DNA of 32,000 nucleotides from Fastidiosibacter lacustris (GTDB lineage: Bacteria > Pseudomonadota > Gammaproteobacteria > Francisellales > Francisellaceae): positions 9,412-41,411 of the forward strand of contig NZ_QLIR01000016.1 in the NCBI RefSeq assembly GCF_003428155.1, read 5' to 3'. This document shows positions 29,719 to 32,000 of the stretch, in pieces. Made by a program: the position numbers and the translations under genes. Within the stretch, counting starts at the first letter, position 1, and every line of letters begins with the position of its first letter. Under the pieces are notes generated by a model. It did no database searches and was not told the DNA's origin. It was given only the letters and a program-made list of their open reading frames with translations.

Positions 29719-29750
29719 ACGGCGAGTTTTGTTTTAAGGATTTTAGCTAG

Positions 29751-31001
29751 ATGTATCGACCATTACCCCTATTTATTGGGTTGCGTTACCTGCGAGCAAA
29801 AAAGCGTAATCAGTTTATCTCTATTATCTCTGCGATTTCATTTATTGGGATTGCGCTGGGTGTTGCTGTTTTGATTACCGTTATGTCGGTGATGAATGGT
29901 TTTGATGAGCAAATAAAGGATAGAATTTTAATGATGGTTCCACCGATTAAAGTCTATCAAGCAGGCGGTAAACTCTATTATTGGCAAGCATTTTCAGAAG
30001 ACTTGACACAAAAAGATAAACGTATTTCAGGTGTAGCACCGATTATTGAAGGTCAAGGAATGCTCTCAGTTAATGACACTAATGCTTTTGCTGCAATTCA
30101 AGGAATTGAACCACAGTATGAAAACTCAGTTGTGCCGATTGCCGATCATATGGAACAGGGAGAGTTAAATTCATTACAATCAGGGAAATTCAATATCATC
30201 TTGGGCAAATATTTAGCACAGTCGCTTGATGTAAAAGTCGGTGATAAGGTGACATTGATTGTACCACAAGCCAATTTAACACCGGCGGGAATGATGCCAC
30301 GCTTAAAACAATTTAAAGTATCAGGTATTTTTTCGGTGAGCTATCAATACGACAGTTACTATGCACTTGTTAATATTGAAGATGCAGCCAAGCTTTTTCA
30401 AATGGGAAATGCAGTGAGCGCATTACAACTTGGTGTTAAAGATATTTACCAAGCGCCTTTTTTAAAGCAAACTTTAAATCATTCCATACTATCTGACTTT
30501 TATATTGCACGAGACTGGACGGACGAAAATAAAAGCTTCTTCCAAGCTCTACAGATGGAAAAAACGATGATGTTTTTTATTTTAATGCTGATTATCGCAG
30601 TGGCAATTTTTAATCTCCTTTCATCTTTGGTAATGGTGGTGACTGATAAGCGTTCTGATATTGCCATTATGCGCACCTTGGGCATGTCATCAAGGCAGAT
30701 TATTATGACATTTATCATTCAAGGCTTAGCAATAGGAATCATTGGGACTTTAATTGGCGTCATTTTGGGTGTAATTTTGTCAATAAATGCGACTGAAATT
30801 GTCAACTGGATCCAAGTTGTCTTTCACGTTCAATTCTTAAGTCCAAGCGTCTATCAAATTGACTTTATTCCCTCCAAGCTTATTTCAAATGATATTCTCC
30901 ATGTTGGGATTGCTTCGCTTTTATTGAGTCTTTTGGCGACTTTGTATCCAGCATGGAGCGCATCGCGCGTTCAACCTGCGGAGGCGTTGCGCTATGAGTA
31001 A
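29751..31001 (+). CDS. lolC: Lipoprotein-releasing ABC transporter permease LolC/LolE
   Basis: FIGLRYLRAKKRNQFISIISAISFIGIALGVAVLITVMSVMNGFDEQIKDRIL; C-terminal TMs; followed by lolD. Confidence 0.93.
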   Translation: MYRPLPLFIGLRYLRAKKRNQFISIISAISFIGIALGVAVLITVMSVMNGFDEQIKDRILMMVPPIKVYQAGGKLYYWQAFSEDLTQKDKRISGVAPIIEGQGMLSVNDTNAFAAIQGIEPQYENSVVPIADHMEQGELNSLQSGKFNIILGKYLAQSLDVKVGDKVTLIVPQANLTPAGMMPRLKQFKVSGIFSVSYQYDSYYALVNIEDAAKLFQMGNAVSALQLGVKDIYQAPFLKQTLNHSILSDFYIARDWTDENKSFFQALQMEKTMMFFILMLIIAVAIFNLLSSLVMVVTDKRSDIAIMRTLGMSSRQIIMTFIIQGLAIGIIGTLIGVILGVILSINATEIVNWIQVVFHVQFLSPSVYQIDFIPSKLISNDILHVGIASLLLSLLATLYPAWSASRVQPAEALRYE

Positions 31002-31683
31002 TCTAGATAACTACGCGATTTGCTGTCGAAATTTAGATAAAACCTACAAAGACGGTAAGCTTCAAACACAGGTGTTGCACGAGATTAACTTTGCAGTTAA
31101 GCATGGTCAAAAAGTAGCAGTTTTGGGACAATCTGGTTCTGGAAAAACAACGCTTTTGAATATGTTAGCAGGTCTTGATTCACCAACAAAAGGAGAGGTC
31201 TATCTGGCTGGAAAGCGTATAGATTGTCTATCGGCGAATAAGCGAGCTTTAATGCGTAATACTCATTTAGGTTTTATCTATCAACTTCATCATTTGTTGC
31301 CAGAGTTTAGTGCTTTGGATAATGTGATGCTCCCGATGATGATGCGTAAGAAAATCCTTAAAAAAGAAGCCCATCAAGCTGCAATTGATATGCTTTGTGC
31401 CGTAGGATTAGCGCATCGTGTCAAGCATAAACCCGGTACGCTTTCAGGTGGTGAGCGCCAACGTGTTGCTATTGCAAGAGCATTGGTCACAAAGCCAAGC
31501 TGTATATTGGCAGACGAACCAACGGGAAACTTAGATGCACATAATTCTGAAAATATTTTGCGACTTATGCACGAATTAAGCACACAATTTAAAACGGCAT
31601 TTGTGGTCGTCACGCATGATAAGCAGTTTGCTAAAGAAATGGACTATATTTATCGCATAGAAGATGGAAAGCTAAATTTTTAA
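30994..31683 (+). CDS. lolD: Lipoprotein-releasing ABC transporter ATP-binding protein LolD
   Basis: Walker A GQSGSGKTTLLNMLAGL, signature LSGGERQRVAIARAL, ILADEPTGNLD. Confidence 0.95.
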   Translation: MSNLDNYAICCRNLDKTYKDGKLQTQVLHEINFAVKHGQKVAVLGQSGSGKTTLLNMLAGLDSPTKGEVYLAGKRIDCLSANKRALMRNTHLGFIYQLHHLLPEFSALDNVMLPMMMRKKILKKEAHQAAIDMLCAVGLAHRVKHKPGTLSGGERQRVAIARALVTKPSCILADEPTGNLDAHNSENILRLMHELSTQFKTAFVVVTHDKQFAKEMDYIYRIEDGKLNF

Positions 31684-31689
31684 AAGTAG

Positions 31690-31875
31690 TTACCATTTTG
31701 CCTGTTCTTAAGTGGAAGGTCATAAAAAAGTATCTATGCTGACGTTGAATCTATTAGTCTTAACTTATTTCCACCAATGTTAAACACATAGTATTTTCTA
31801 ATTTTGTCGACACTAGGGAATGTTTTTCTCATAATATCAAAACTCTCACAAAAAAAGCGAAAAAGCTTACCTTTA
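31690..31875 (-). pseudogene. Relic of a HigB (RelE-superfamily) toxin gene
   Basis: Minus-strand ESFDIMRKTFPSVDKIRKYYVFNIGGNKLRLI resembles the HigB core (..FPS.D.......YVFN.GGN.LR..). A shifted frame then reads TFHLRTGKMVTT. In-frame stops, no complete ORF. Confidence 0.65.
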
Positions 31876-31960
31876 AATTATAGATTGTCTTAATTCTTAA
31901 ATTTAGTGATGGACTATCCTTAATGCAGACTTAAAAAGAAAAGAAAAAGGATAACCTATC

Positions 31961-32000
31961 ATGATTAAGCAATTATATAAAGTCGTACAGAGCCAATTAC
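31961..32000 (+). CDS. Start of an unidentified CDS running off the window end
   Basis: ATG at 31961 after an AAAAAGGA ribosome-binding-like site; MIKQLYKVVQSQL... Too short to classify. Confidence 0.4.
   Translation, partial: MIKQLYKVVQSQL

Noticed and set aside
1-32000. CRISPR arrays, tRNAs, prophage or intact IS elements
   Set aside because: Reading through the intergenic spaces showed no regularly spaced repeats, no tRNA T-loop (GGTTCGAATCC) pattern and no intact transposase or integrase.

Overview
Mostly ordinary chromosomal backbone of a moderately AT-rich gammaproteobacterium. A Francisella/Fastidiosibacteraceae-like relative is a guess from protein flavour only. Recognisable genes: rluC (partial), kbl-tdh, the Tol-Pal operon on the minus strand (tolQ-tolR-tolA-tolB-pal-cpoB), fabI, a LOG-family gene, an mpg-like gene with one in-frame UGA, sucCD, bamE, a diaA/gmhA-type SIS gene, a HAD phosphatase, an AhpC-type peroxiredoxin, a porin, an LpxL-type acyltransferase plus lipoprotein, pncB, a PRTase gene, zapE, an MFS transporter, rpmH-rnpA-yidD-yidC, a stand-alone 5S rRNA, and lolC-lolD. 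The most interesting locus is an AT-rich gene at 21830..23614 encoding a probable Sec-exported protein with a SET-methyltransferase-like domain and an upstream ankyrin-like segment. Secondary observations are two oppositely oriented IS256-like transposase relics behind tdh, an unannotated HigB-toxin-like relic behind lolD, the nonsense-interrupted mpg, a divergent orphan 5S rRNA, and an rnpA with no ATG start that appears to overlap rpmH. No complete unprecedented multi-gene system, CRISPR array, tRNA or intact mobile element was seen.
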